From positions 1 through 41,622 of IMG/VR virus record IMGVR_UViG_3300022690_001299: 41,622 bases of DNA, one strand, 5' to 3'. A model generated the notes under the pieces. That model did not search any database. It saw only the letters and a program-made list of their open reading frames with translations, and had not been told where the DNA came from. Below are positions 9,801 to 17,802 of the stretch, piece by piece. Source of the DNA: a virus. Its lineage: Duplodnaviria; Caudoviricetes. Numbering within the stretch: position 1 is the first letter of the stretch; the number at the start of each line of letters is the position of its first letter. Both the position numbers and the translations under genes were made by a program.

Positions 9801-11738
9801 ATGGCCATAAATACAAAAAAATCTCTTAAAGACGTAACTCTTAAATTATCTAAAAAGCTTTTTAAAGCAGAATCTCAAATTAAAGAAATACAGGAGATCT
9901 TAATAGAGACTGCTGTAGACGTTATTCAGCATCCTCAACCTCAGAAAGGAGAGAAGGGAGACAAGGGGAATGGTGGCGAGAGAGGAGTCCGTGGCTTTCA
10001 AGGTTTAAAAGGCGATAAAGGGACGACCGGAGAAAGGGGTGAGAGAGGCGATAAAGGGGGGATAGGTTTCGCGGGTCGGGAGGGCACTGATGGAGCCGAC
10101 GGTACTAATGGTATAGACGGGGAAGACGGCAAGGATGGTAAAGACGGCCAGATGCTCATTAAGAACATTCATGTGAATGGCGGCGGAGGAGGGAATGGTG
10201 GTGGTGTTAGGGATCATACCAGATTAAGTAATCTAGCAGTAGATGACCATAAACAATACTCTCTTGTTAGTGGCGTTAGAGCTTTCACAGGTACCGTAGG
10301 AGGTATTACTCCAGTTGCTGCTTCTGATTTAGCTACAAAGAATTATGTCGATACTTTTGCAGGTTCAACAAGCATTACAACCTTAGGCACCGTTACTGCC
10401 GGTACTTGGGAAGCAGATACTATAGGTGTAGCTTTTGGTGGCACGGGTCAAACTTCCTATACCGACGGTCAATTGCTCATTGGTAATACCACGGGCAATA
10501 CTTTAACTAAGGCTACGCTTACAGGTACATCAAATCAGATTACAATCACTAATGGTAGTGGGACAATCATCTTATCCACCCCCCAGGATATAGCAACAAC
10601 ATCAAATGTAACATTTGGCAATCTTGATTTAGGTGTTGATGATACCGGCGTATCCTCATTTATAAAAGTTTTTGGGGGTGGTGCAGGTCAGGTAGAAGGC
10701 GGGGAAATCCAGCTGTATGTGTCGGCTGATCATGATGCTATAATCGATTTTTATAGAATAGATGTTACTAATGATAGATTCAGAATAGGAAGAGAAGGGG
10801 CGGAAGATTTATGCATAAATATTGCCGGCAATATTGTTATTACTAACAAAGTCGGTATTGGTACAAACTCACCGGATAGCACATTGGAAGTTGTGACCAG
10901 TACCAATGATGAGGGCTATCAATTAACCGGAGCGGATATCGGAGTTACGCCGACGTTTAAAATAGCAGATGCAGCAGGGATTGTAAGGGCGCGTATTGGA
11001 ATAGCGGGAGGGCCGGGAGAGCTAACCAGCGCGGCTGTGGCAGATGATTTAATTATTAGATCTGAATCAAATGCTATACATTTTTCAATAAGTTCCAATA
11101 CAGTGCTTACGGTTGATAATAACCAGAGAGTCGGTATTGGCGCAGCGACTCCGGCATCTACCCTGGAAGTAAAAACAAGCATCAATGATCAGGGTATACA
11201 GCTGACAGGAGCAGATACCGGAGTTTCTCCAGTATTTAAAATAGCTGATGCAGGGGGAACTGTCCGTGCAAGGATAGGAATAGCGGGCGCAGCTGGTGAA
11301 CTAAGCGGTGGAGCAAAGGTAGATGATTTAGTTTTTAGAACGGAAGCTAAGAATTTTTGTTTTACAGTCAGTTCATTAGCTAAGGCGGTATTGACCGCCA
11401 ACGGAGATTGGGGGCTCGGTTCAACAGTACCACCCACGGCAGGTGGTGGTAAAGTGTTTTTCCTAGGCGATAATACCAGTAACCCTACTATGGGAAGTAA
11501 TACGGCCGGTATTTTTGCTAAAGATGTGGCGGGTACAGTTGAATTATTTGCGATAGATGAGGCTAACAATGCGACCCAGTTATCAGCGCATGACCCAAAA
11601 ACAGGTAAATATTATTATAGCTCGGTAAACAGTAAAACCGGACGGGAAGTTACCGTAGATATGGAGGGCTTCATTAAAGACTACGATAAAAGGTTCGGTA
11701 CATCATTTTTTAATGAAAATAAACCATTACAGGTTTAA
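9801..11738 (+). CDS. Tail fibre with coiled coil, collagen-like Gly-X-Y tract and a duplicated distal module
   Basis: About 22 Gly-X-Y triplets (~9946-10150); GGTGQTSYTDGQLLIGN; two copies of VGIG..P.STLEV...FKIADA.G.VRARIGIAG..GEL. Confidence 0.8.
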   Translation: MAINTKKSLKDVTLKLSKKLFKAESQIKEIQEILIETAVDVIQHPQPQKGEKGDKGNGGERGVRGFQGLKGDKGTTGERGERGDKGGIGFAGREGTDGADGTNGIDGEDGKDGKDGQMLIKNIHVNGGGGGNGGGVRDHTRLSNLAVDDHKQYSLVSGVRAFTGTVGGITPVAASDLATKNYVDTFAGSTSITTLGTVTAGTWEADTIGVAFGGTGQTSYTDGQLLIGNTTGNTLTKATLTGTSNQITITNGSGTIILSTPQDIATTSNVTFGNLDLGVDDTGVSSFIKVFGGGAGQVEGGEIQLYVSADHDAIIDFYRIDVTNDRFRIGREGAEDLCINIAGNIVITNKVGIGTNSPDSTLEVVTSTNDEGYQLTGADIGVTPTFKIADAAGIVRARIGIAGGPGELTSAAVADDLIIRSESNAIHFSISSNTVLTVDNNQRVGIGAATPASTLEVKTSINDQGIQLTGADTGVSPVFKIADAGGTVRARIGIAGAAGELSGGAKVDDLVFRTEAKNFCFTVSSLAKAVLTANGDWGLGSTVPPTAGGGKVFFLGDNTSNPTMGSNTAGIFAKDVAGTVELFAIDEANNATQLSAHDPKTGKYYYSSVNSKTGREVTVDMEGFIKDYDKRFGTSFFNENKPLQV

Positions 11739-11773
11739 ATTTTATAAATAAATATCAACTTGCAGGAGTTCTT

Positions 11774-11890
11774 GTGCCACTAAAACCAAAGAAAAAACCA
11801 AGTAAGTCTGTACAAAAGGTAATGAGAGGGGTATTGGGTGCGAAGCGTAAGGCTCCACCTAAACCTAAATCAAAGTTGAGAAATGTTTAA
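11774..11890 (+). CDS. Very basic 38-aa micro-protein (not in the ORF track)
   Basis: AGGAG RBS then GTG; MPLKPKKKPSKSVQKVMRGVLGAKRKAPPKPKSKLRNV. Confidence 0.55.
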   Translation: MPLKPKKKPSKSVQKVMRGVLGAKRKAPPKPKSKLRNV

Positions 11891-12218
11891 AATTTATGTA
11901 ATATATGTAATATTTTGTTTAATATCTTTATTACAATTCACGCCATATGTTTTTATAGATCAACTTGAAGATGATCTACAGTGGCAGTGGTGGCATTTAT
12001 CTATGCTGGGTATTGTTGTGTTACAACAGAGTTTGATATTCCATTTATTATATCCGAATAAATGGCGTTATGCAAAGAGCATATCTTTAGGTTTACTATT
12101 TACGAGTGTATATTTTTTATTAGAATATATTTTTTCAACTTTTACGATAAATATAAAAACTCCGGTTGAGGAGGCATTAAAACTTTACAATGAGATAATC
12201 AATGGGCGACTTGAGTAG
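11883..12218 (+). CDS. Membrane protein with about three TM segments (lysis region)
   Basis: Three hydrophobic stretches, low GC, upstream of the endolysin. Confidence 0.55.
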   Translation: MFKIYVIYVIFCLISLLQFTPYVFIDQLEDDLQWQWWHLSMLGIVVLQQSLIFHLLYPNKWRYAKSISLGLLFTSVYFLLEYIFSTFTINIKTPVEEALKLYNEIINGRLE

Positions 12219-12489
12219 TGATAAGAAATTAGAATTACTGGTTAGCAAAGTTGAAATTGCCGGTGAGTTATTTAAACTAACTGGTCGCATTGTACTCTGT
12301 ATGGGAACTCTTGTGGTACTTCTTTCAGGATATTTTGTAATGGAAATCAGAAGTGAGGCTAAAGCTAACCGTGTTAGTATATCTCAAAATAAAGAGAATA
12401 TTGCGGTACTCAACGCAGGACAAACATCTATATTGAAATGGCGAGAACAGGTTAATATTAAGTTAGAAAAAACGAGATACAATAAATGA
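12202..12489 (+). CDS. Single-TM coiled-coil protein (holin or lysis accessory candidate)
   Basis: TM segment IVLCMGTLVVLLSGYFV followed by a coiled coil; overlaps the endolysin start. Confidence 0.5.
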   Translation: MGDLSSDKKLELLVSKVEIAGELFKLTGRIVLCMGTLVVLLSGYFVMEIRSEAKANRVSISQNKENIAVLNAGQTSILKWREQVNIKLEKTRYNK

Positions 12490-12851
12490 GGTATTTTAAA
12501 TATAGTGAATTTGATCAAAAAGGTTTACCGGGTAGTGGTGAAGAGTTTATGTCACAGCTTTTTCTTAGTAACCTTGATGCTTTACGTCATAACTGTGGTT
12601 TCCCTTTCATTATTACTTCTGGTTATAGAAGTCCTGGGTACAACGATAGAATATCTAGTACAGGCCTTACAGGACCACATACAACCGGTTTAGCCGCTGA
12701 TATAGCCGTAGCACGGGAAAGCGCATTGATATTACTTAGAGAGGCTTTAAATATGGAATGCTTTACCGGTATAGGATTACAACAGAAAGGTAAAGGTAGG
12801 TTTATACATCTAGATATAACAGCAGGTAATAGACGATTCTGGACGTATTAA
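12486..12851 (+). CDS. Endolysin, peptidase M15 family (Zn endopeptidase)
   Basis: YFKYSEF, LDALR...GFPFIITSGYRS..YN, GPHTTGLAADI, FIHLD. Confidence 0.9.
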   Translation: MRYFKYSEFDQKGLPGSGEEFMSQLFLSNLDALRHNCGFPFIITSGYRSPGYNDRISSTGLTGPHTTGLAADIAVARESALILLREALNMECFTGIGLQQKGKGRFIHLDITAGNRRFWTY

Positions 12852-12871
12852 CTTATTAAAGGAGAAATAAT

Positions 12872-13126
12872 ATAGATACTTATAAAATTATACAAATTCA
12901 AAAAATAATTGAGGAAAGTACAGGTTACGTATCCGCAGAATATGTTGCACGGAATATAGATATAGATATAAGTGAAATTGAACAAATTTTATTGAATAGT
13001 AATAAATTTTTGAAATCATTTATTATAGGAACAAAAGGACAAGATATATTTTTTATAAAAAAACCTTATAGTAAATTAAAAGATATATGGGCATCGTTCC
13101 AATATTTTTGCTCCATGAAATATTGA
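12872..13126 (+). CDS. 84-aa ORF with a probable ATA start; weak winged-helix resemblance
   Basis: AAGGAG then 7 nt then ATA; open for 85 codons; in-frame TAA at 12857 excludes an upstream start. Confidence 0.45.
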   Translation: MDTYKIIQIQKIIEESTGYVSAEYVARNIDIDISEIEQILLNSNKFLKSFIIGTKGQDIFFIKKPYSKLKDIWASFQYFCSMKY

Positions 13127-13143
13127 TACTTAATAAAGAAAAA

Positions 13144-13234
13144 CAATTATGTCCACGACTAAAGAAAAGTTACCAATTATGTCCACGACTAAAGAAAAGT
13201 TACAACGAGAGTTGGCAGAACGAGAGTTGGCAGA
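13144..13234 (+). repeat. Adjacent tandem duplications (30 bp x2, then 15 bp x2)
   Basis: CAATTATGTCCACGACTAAAGAAAAGTTAC x2; ACGAGAGTTGGCAGA x2. Confidence 0.9.
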
Positions 13235-13367
13235 ACGGGCGATAAAACAAGAGTTCGCACAATTATTGCATGCATTTGACTGTCTAAACAAGCATTACTT
13301 TACTTATTTTCTAACAGGGATTTTGGGTGCGGCTTTTTGGTTTATAATATTGGCTATAATTAACTAA
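13149..13367 (+). CDS. Small protein with a C-terminal TM segment
   Basis: Duplicated MSTTKEKL start; hydrophobic C-terminus. Confidence 0.55.
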   Translation: MSTTKEKLPIMSTTKEKLQRELAERELAERAIKQEFAQLLHAFDCLNKHYFTYFLTGILGAAFWFIILAIIN

Positions 13368-13379
13368 AGGAGAACTATT

Positions 13380-13565
13380 ATGTTCACTATATTATTAGCA
13401 GCCGTTGAATATATAGCACCTATTACGGCAGTTATTACGGCAGCAACGGCAATCACAGCGATAACGCCTACAAAGACGGATGACAAGGTTATCAATGTTA
13501 TTTTGAAGGTGCTTAATATTCTTGCGGGAAACTTCTTGCGCAATAAGAATAAAGATGAGAAATAG
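13380..13565 (+). CDS. Holin-like protein
   Basis: AAGGAG RBS; ATAITAITPTKTDDKVINVILKVLNILAGN with a charged tail. Confidence 0.65.
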   Translation: MFTILLAAVEYIAPITAVITAATAITAITPTKTDDKVINVILKVLNILAGNFLRNKNKDEK

Positions 13566-13569
13566 ATAA

Positions 13570-13612
13570 TATGTCCAAAATTGGACATACCTAGATACAT
13601 TTTGGATGTATC
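13570..13612. terminator. Two adjacent hairpins at the convergence of late and early transcription
   Basis: TATGTCCA-AAAT-TGGACATA and AGATACAT-TTGG-ATGTATCT. Confidence 0.5.
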
Positions 13613-13625
13613 TTTGGGTTAATTT

Positions 13626-13847
13626 TTATATGTATGGGGCTATTCCAGTATCCCATTCATATGTATCGGCGCCATCCTCCCCAGCGCAAAATTCAGTTAT
13701 TATTTTATCATAATTATCACCAGTCAGTATACGTACTGCTTGATCTATAGCATACATTTTATGGAAATCTCCATCAAAAGTACCATACTCAAGTAATATA
13801 TCTAATGTTTTGGTTATTGTACTTTGAAGTTCTTCGGTACGACTCAT
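13626..13847 (-). CDS. Small acidic hypothetical phage protein
   Basis: DGDFHKMYAIDQAVRIL...YEWDTGIAP, a pattern that looks like a conserved phage family. Confidence 0.6.
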   Translation of the reverse strand: MSRTEELQSTITKTLDILLEYGTFDGDFHKMYAIDQAVRILTGDNYDKIITEFCAGEDGADTYEWDTGIAPYI

Positions 13848-13853
13848 ATGCCC

Positions 13854-14210
13854 TTATTTCTCCGATATATTTTTAACTAAATTATAAATCGCTTGGCGCA
13901 TATTTTCATTCTCAATACTATTAAAATATTTCATTAACTGTGTGGATATTCTATACATCCTACCCTTTACGTCGGGTTCTTCAAAGAAAGCCATTACAGA
14001 AATATCTAGCGCATGGGCTAAATCTGAAAGTTTAGAAACTTTTACACTATTAATCCCGCGTTCATACTTTTCTAATTGTTGGTGTGAGATATCCATATAG
14101 GCAGCTAATTCTCGTCGCGTTAATCCCTTAACTACACGAAGGTCTCTTATTTTTAAACCTATCTCGACATCTTTATCTTTATAACGTTTTACTACTTTCG
14201 GCATTATCAT
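13854..14210 (-). CDS. XRE-family HTH transcriptional regulator (alphaproteobacterial type)
   Basis: DVEIGLKIRDLR..KGLTRRELA..MDISHQQLEKYERGIN...LAHALDISVMAFFE. Confidence 0.85.
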   Translation of the reverse strand: MIMPKVVKRYKDKDVEIGLKIRDLRVVKGLTRRELAAYMDISHQQLEKYERGINSVKVSKLSDLAHALDISVMAFFEEPDVKGRMYRISTQLMKYFNSIENENMRQAIYNLVKNISEK

Positions 14211-14349
14211 CCTCTTTTTTTTCTAAATCATTTTCTACTGTAAAACCGAATTCTTGATACTGTAATATAACTTTATCCGCCATATCTGAGTCTACTTTAA
14301 CCGGTGTTCTTACACCGTTGCGAATTCTTACTAAATATCTAAGAGTCAT
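14179..14349 (-). CDS. 56-aa hypothetical protein (not in the ORF track)
   Basis: MTLRYLVRIRNGVRTPVKVDSDMADKVILQYQEFGFTVENDLEKK...; downstream of a leftward promoter. Confidence 0.45.
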   Translation of the reverse strand: MTLRYLVRIRNGVRTPVKVDSDMADKVILQYQEFGFTVENDLEKKEDDNAESSKTL

Positions 14350-14430
14350 AACCGTTCCAAATTATTAATCAGCCAGAAGCAGAGCCCTTAGAATATAAAG
14401 CTCTAATATGAAACCTGCAAAAGGAAATCT

Positions 14431-14459
14431 GTACTACCCTTAATAGGCCGTAGTGTCAA
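14431..14459 (-). promoter_or_regulatory. Sigma70-like promoter
   Basis: TTGACA-17 nt-TAGTAC on the minus strand. Confidence 0.45.
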
Positions 14460-14461
14460 GT

Positions 14462-15847
14462 TTAGTCATTTCTCGGATCCCTATGTTTCATTGCTTCAAG
14501 TAAAATATCCTGTACTTCACGTTTAGTCTTCAGGCGTTCCATAACTAATGCATCAACAGTATTTCTAGCCATTATGTAATGGATGAACACCGAGCGGTTA
14601 TGGCCCGCTTGAAGTTGCCTTACCGGTCCGATCCTTTCTATAATTTGTTGATGTTCTTCCAGATTCCAGTTCACTGAAAAGAACACAAGTATGTTACCAC
14701 CGTCTTGTAGGTTTAATCCGTGTCCTGCGCTGGCGGGATGGGCGAAGAGCAACGGGATTTTGCCTTTATTCCAGTCTCGCAGGGTTTCAGGGTTTTTGTC
14801 CAATATTTGGCCTTGTGGGAAAGCAGCCACAAGCCTAGCCAAATCACTTTTAAAATTATAAGCGACTAATACAGGCATACCCGCGGCTTCTTCAATAATT
14901 TCATGTAATGCTTCGATTTTGGCATCATGGACTACCTCCCATTTTTTAGTGTTCTTATCAACATATACCGCGCCGTTGGCGAGTTGTAAACATTTCATGG
15001 TGCGTGACGCAGCATTAAATGCTTCGACATCGTGCTCACCAATTTCCATAAACATTTTCTTTTCCATCTCGTTATATAAATGACGCGCTTTCGGGGGGAG
15101 GTCGACATATATTTTATTTTCTATCGGTTCATCGAGATCGAAATAATCGGCGGCATTAAGCGATATGCATATATCTTTTAATTTATCTTCTATTTCGTTT
15201 TGTGCATGATCGAGAGGAGCAATACCGTAACCGTCAAAGGTCTTGTAAAACCATCTTTGAGAGAAAGCCGTAAACGAACGGCCTAGCCTTTTACCGGCAT
15301 CCAAAAACCATATTTGACCCCATAAATCTTTAAGCCCGTTTGGTGCAGGGGTTCCAGAGAGTTCTACAAATCTTTCAATCTTAGAGTGTGCTATTTTGGC
15401 CAACGCCCGGGCACGTTTCGTGCCTTGTTTAAGCCTGAATCCTTTTAACTTTGTGGATTCATCAGCAATGACCATTTTAAAAGGCCAATCATCTTCAAAA
15501 AACTCTATAAGCCATTGAATATTCTCATAATTTATAGTATAGATATCTGCCGGTGTTGCCACTTTACGGCAACGTTGTGCGGCTGAACCTATAATCGGTT
15601 GTATTTTGAAATGGTTAAATTCTTCCCATTTCTTCACCTCCTCCGGCCAAGTGTTTTGCGCTACCCGAAGCGGGGCTATAATCAGTACAGGTAATATTTC
15701 TTCTACCAATGATAAATAGTTTAGAGCTAATAATGTAGAAGAACTTTTACCTAAACCCATGCCTGCCCAAACGCCACACCGTGGTGTATTAATTATGTGG
15801 TCGGCAATAGCTAGTTGGTAATCTCTAGGGCTGTATTTTCGGGTCAT
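14462..15847 (-). CDS. SNF2-family (SF2) helicase
   Basis: GMGLGKS, ADEST, LSGTPAPN, HPASAGHGLNLQ, QIIERIG..RQ. Confidence 0.92.
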   Translation of the reverse strand: MTRKYSPRDYQLAIADHIINTPRCGVWAGMGLGKSSSTLLALNYLSLVEEILPVLIIAPLRVAQNTWPEEVKKWEEFNHFKIQPIIGSAAQRCRKVATPADIYTINYENIQWLIEFFEDDWPFKMVIADESTKLKGFRLKQGTKRARALAKIAHSKIERFVELSGTPAPNGLKDLWGQIWFLDAGKRLGRSFTAFSQRWFYKTFDGYGIAPLDHAQNEIEDKLKDICISLNAADYFDLDEPIENKIYVDLPPKARHLYNEMEKKMFMEIGEHDVEAFNAASRTMKCLQLANGAVYVDKNTKKWEVVHDAKIEALHEIIEEAAGMPVLVAYNFKSDLARLVAAFPQGQILDKNPETLRDWNKGKIPLLFAHPASAGHGLNLQDGGNILVFFSVNWNLEEHQQIIERIGPVRQLQAGHNRSVFIHYIMARNTVDALVMERLKTKREVQDILLEAMKHRDPRND

Positions 15848-15926
15848 TTTCTATTAGAGAATTTCTTTTAGTATTCGATAGTTTTGCCCACCAATCATAA
15901 CTCGCATTGTGTAGGTCTAGTCATGC

Positions 15927-17021
15927 TCATCTCGTAAAAGCCTTTATAAACTCCGCTGCGAGCTGTGGGACGATTGCATCCCCCGCACTATGGATGACAC
16001 CCACTCTTTCGGGATACCCATTAACCAGCAAGGGAATTCTGGGTTCAACGAGCCTCTGTTTTTCGTCTGGGCAGTTGATCCAAACGCCTGACGACCAAGT
16101 GTGCCGTTCCTCTCTTTCCCATCTTTCCTGAATCTGCTCTTGCTCAAATCCCCTGTATCTTTGTGGTCGCGAACTGTCGGGGTAGGCCACATTACCGGAT
16201 TCACTTGCTCCCTCAAATTTGCCGGTGCTGTCCTTCCTTTGCGTGTCGTGTTGAATTGCCTGTTTTTTGCTTTCTGGGACCTCTGAGGCAAAATATCCAT
16301 TGTGTTTGGTGTTGCCCACAAGGCTTGTGTCTGTAAATCCATTCCTCGTTTTTGTCCCGAATGCCTGCGCGTTACTGTGCTTCCGTTCTCTACTAATTCC
16401 AGTTTTCTTGTGCCTCTCGGTGATGCGTCCGGAGTCGCCCACAGAGCTTGCGTCGCTAACCCGTTCCCGCTGGTCTTGGACGCTCCTTTCTTGTTGTAGT
16501 TCCCGTACTTCGTCACGGTAGCCCACAAACCATAATCGCTCTCGTCTGTGGGGCGCACCGATGGCTGAAGCTGGCATAACAATCGACCCGACGGCGTAGT
16601 TATTCTCTTCCAGCCCTTGATAAACATCGTCAAGCCACCCTTTGGTAATTGCGTCCTTAACCTGTTCTCCAAATATAACTGAAGGCTGACACTCTTCGAT
16701 AAGGCGGAACCATTCAGGCCATAAGTGTCGATCGTCTTTTTTACCTTTTTGTCTACCTGCAATACTGAACGGCTGGCAAGGACATGAGCCCGTCCAAACC
16801 CTACGACCTTTTTCCCATCGTGCGAGGTCAAGTGCATAGTCCCAAAGTCCGATTCCTGCAAAGAAATGGCATCTTTCATAATTTCGTACGTCATCTGGCA
16901 TTACCTCTTTTATTGGTCTGTCATCAATATCGCCCTTAGAAATATGACCGTCTTCTATTAACGTTTTCAGTGCTGCACATTTCTTTTTGTCAAATTCGTT
17001 GTAATAAGTTTTACTAACCAT
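15927..17021 (-). CDS. C5-cytosine DNA methyltransferase, catalytic (alpha) chain
   Basis: FFAGIG (motif I), GSCPCQPFS (IV), EQV (VI), PHRRERLWFV (VIII), GDAIVPQLA (X); motif IX is absent from this frame. Confidence 0.88.
   Translation of the reverse strand: MVSKTYYNEFDKKKCAALKTLIEDGHISKGDIDDRPIKEVMPDDVRNYERCHFFAGIGLWDYALDLARWEKGRRVWTGSCPCQPFSIAGRQKGKKDDRHLWPEWFRLIEECQPSVIFGEQVKDAITKGWLDDVYQGLEENNYAVGSIVMPASAIGAPHRRERLWFVGYRDEVRELQQERSVQDQRERVSDASSVGDSGRITERHKKTGISRERKHSNAQAFGTKTRNGFTDTSLVGNTKHNGYFASEVPESKKQAIQHDTQRKDSTGKFEGASESGNVAYPDSSRPQRYRGFEQEQIQERWEREERHTWSSGVWINCPDEKQRLVEPRIPLLVNGYPERVGVIHSAGDAIVPQLAAEFIKAFTR
15944..16894 (-). CDS. Nested alternative-frame methyltransferase beta chain (four W[AP]T[PV] modules plus motif IX); true start uncertain
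   Basis: 316 open codons fully inside the MTase gene; LNPEFPCWLMGIPKEW resembles motif IX. Confidence 0.7.
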   Translation of the reverse strand: MTYEIMKDAISLQESDFGTMHLTSHDGKKVVGFGRAHVLASRSVLQVDKKVKKTIDTYGLNGSALSKSVSLQLYLENRLRTQLPKGGLTMFIKGWKRITTPSGRLLCQLQPSVRPTDESDYGLWATVTKYGNYNKKGASKTSGNGLATQALWATPDASPRGTRKLELVENGSTVTRRHSGQKRGMDLQTQALWATPNTMDILPQRSQKAKNRQFNTTRKGRTAPANLREQVNPVMWPTPTVRDHKDTGDLSKSRFRKDGKERNGTLGRQAFGSTAQTKNRGSLNPEFPCWLMGIPKEWVSSIVRGMQSSHSSQRSL

Positions 17022-17328
17022 ACTTATATCGGTTCTCAATTAGGTTCAGAATCTGATGGCAGCCTTCTTCATGTTCGTATTCATAACATATTTCTTTAAT
17101 CTGTTGCTTCAGTCCGTCCCTATTCTTACTTGCTCTTTCCCTATTGTCCCTCCGGCAATGCGGACACGTCCGCCATTCAGTATTATATAGTTCTTGACAA
17201 CCATATATGCTAAATTTCTTCATCAACTTTAGCCTCTGGTTGGTCATAAACCACAAAGTTAGGGTTAAGGCTTTAATAGGATATGTTTCGACACATTGGC
17301 CGCACCGATAAAACGTTATTTTATTCAT
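17014..17328 (-). CDS. Hypothetical protein with two CxxC motifs (possible Zn finger)
   Basis: YRCGQC and RTCPHC. Confidence 0.5.
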   Translation of the reverse strand: MNKITFYRCGQCVETYPIKALTLTLWFMTNQRLKLMKKFSIYGCQELYNTEWRTCPHCRRDNRERASKNRDGLKQQIKEICYEYEHEEGCHQILNLIENRYKYG

Positions 17329-17343
17329 CTTCTTAACATTTCT

Positions 17344-17502
17344 TCATTTATTTCTCTTTAAAGCTTTACGCATTTTCTGATAACTGACTTCAGGTTTTCT
17401 TTGCCTTTTTTTAGGTTCACGGTATCCTTCATACCAAATCACGAAAGCAAATACGCCAACAGAAAGAAAAAGAAACGCAAAAGCCAGCACCACATTTAAC
17501 AT
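17344..17502 (-). CDS. 52-aa single-TM protein with a basic tail (not in the ORF track)
   Basis: AGGAG RBS; MLNVVLAFAFLFLSVGVFAFVIWYEGYREPKKRQRKPEVSYQKMRKALKRNK. Confidence 0.55.
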   Translation of the reverse strand: MLNVVLAFAFLFLSVGVFAFVIWYEGYREPKKRQRKPEVSYQKMRKALKRNK

Positions 17503-17801
17503 GATTTATTTCTCCTTGTTTCCTGGATAAAATTACTTACAGCAAAAATAGTATCTAAAACTATAACCTCATCACCTTGGGCTACCATCCTTTCATGCTC
17601 GCGGGCTTGGTGCGGTTTAAGCTTTGCACCTACGCTTTTTACCTCCACCCAGACACGTCTTCCGTGGAGTGTGACATAACGGTCGGGTGCACCCCTACGG
17701 TTTATCCAAGTAACCTTGTTAGCTGTTCCGCCTTCCGCCTTAACCCTATCTACTAGATATTTTTCAATCCCTTTTTCTAAATAATTAATCACATCCAACA
17801 T
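17496..17801 (-). CDS. VRR-NUC domain nuclease (resolvase-like)
   Basis: EKGIEKYL, GAPDR, WVEVK, KLKPHQAREH. Confidence 0.88.
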   Translation of the reverse strand: MLDVINYLEKGIEKYLVDRVKAEGGTANKVTWINRRGAPDRYVTLHGRRVWVEVKSVGAKLKPHQAREHERMVAQGDEVIVLDTIFAVSNFIQETRRNKSC

Positions 17802-17802
17802 A

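Noticed and set aside
13364-13600. 78-aa hydrophobic minus-strand ORF
   Set aside because: It is antisense to the holin-like gene, which has the strong RBS and a recognisable motif.
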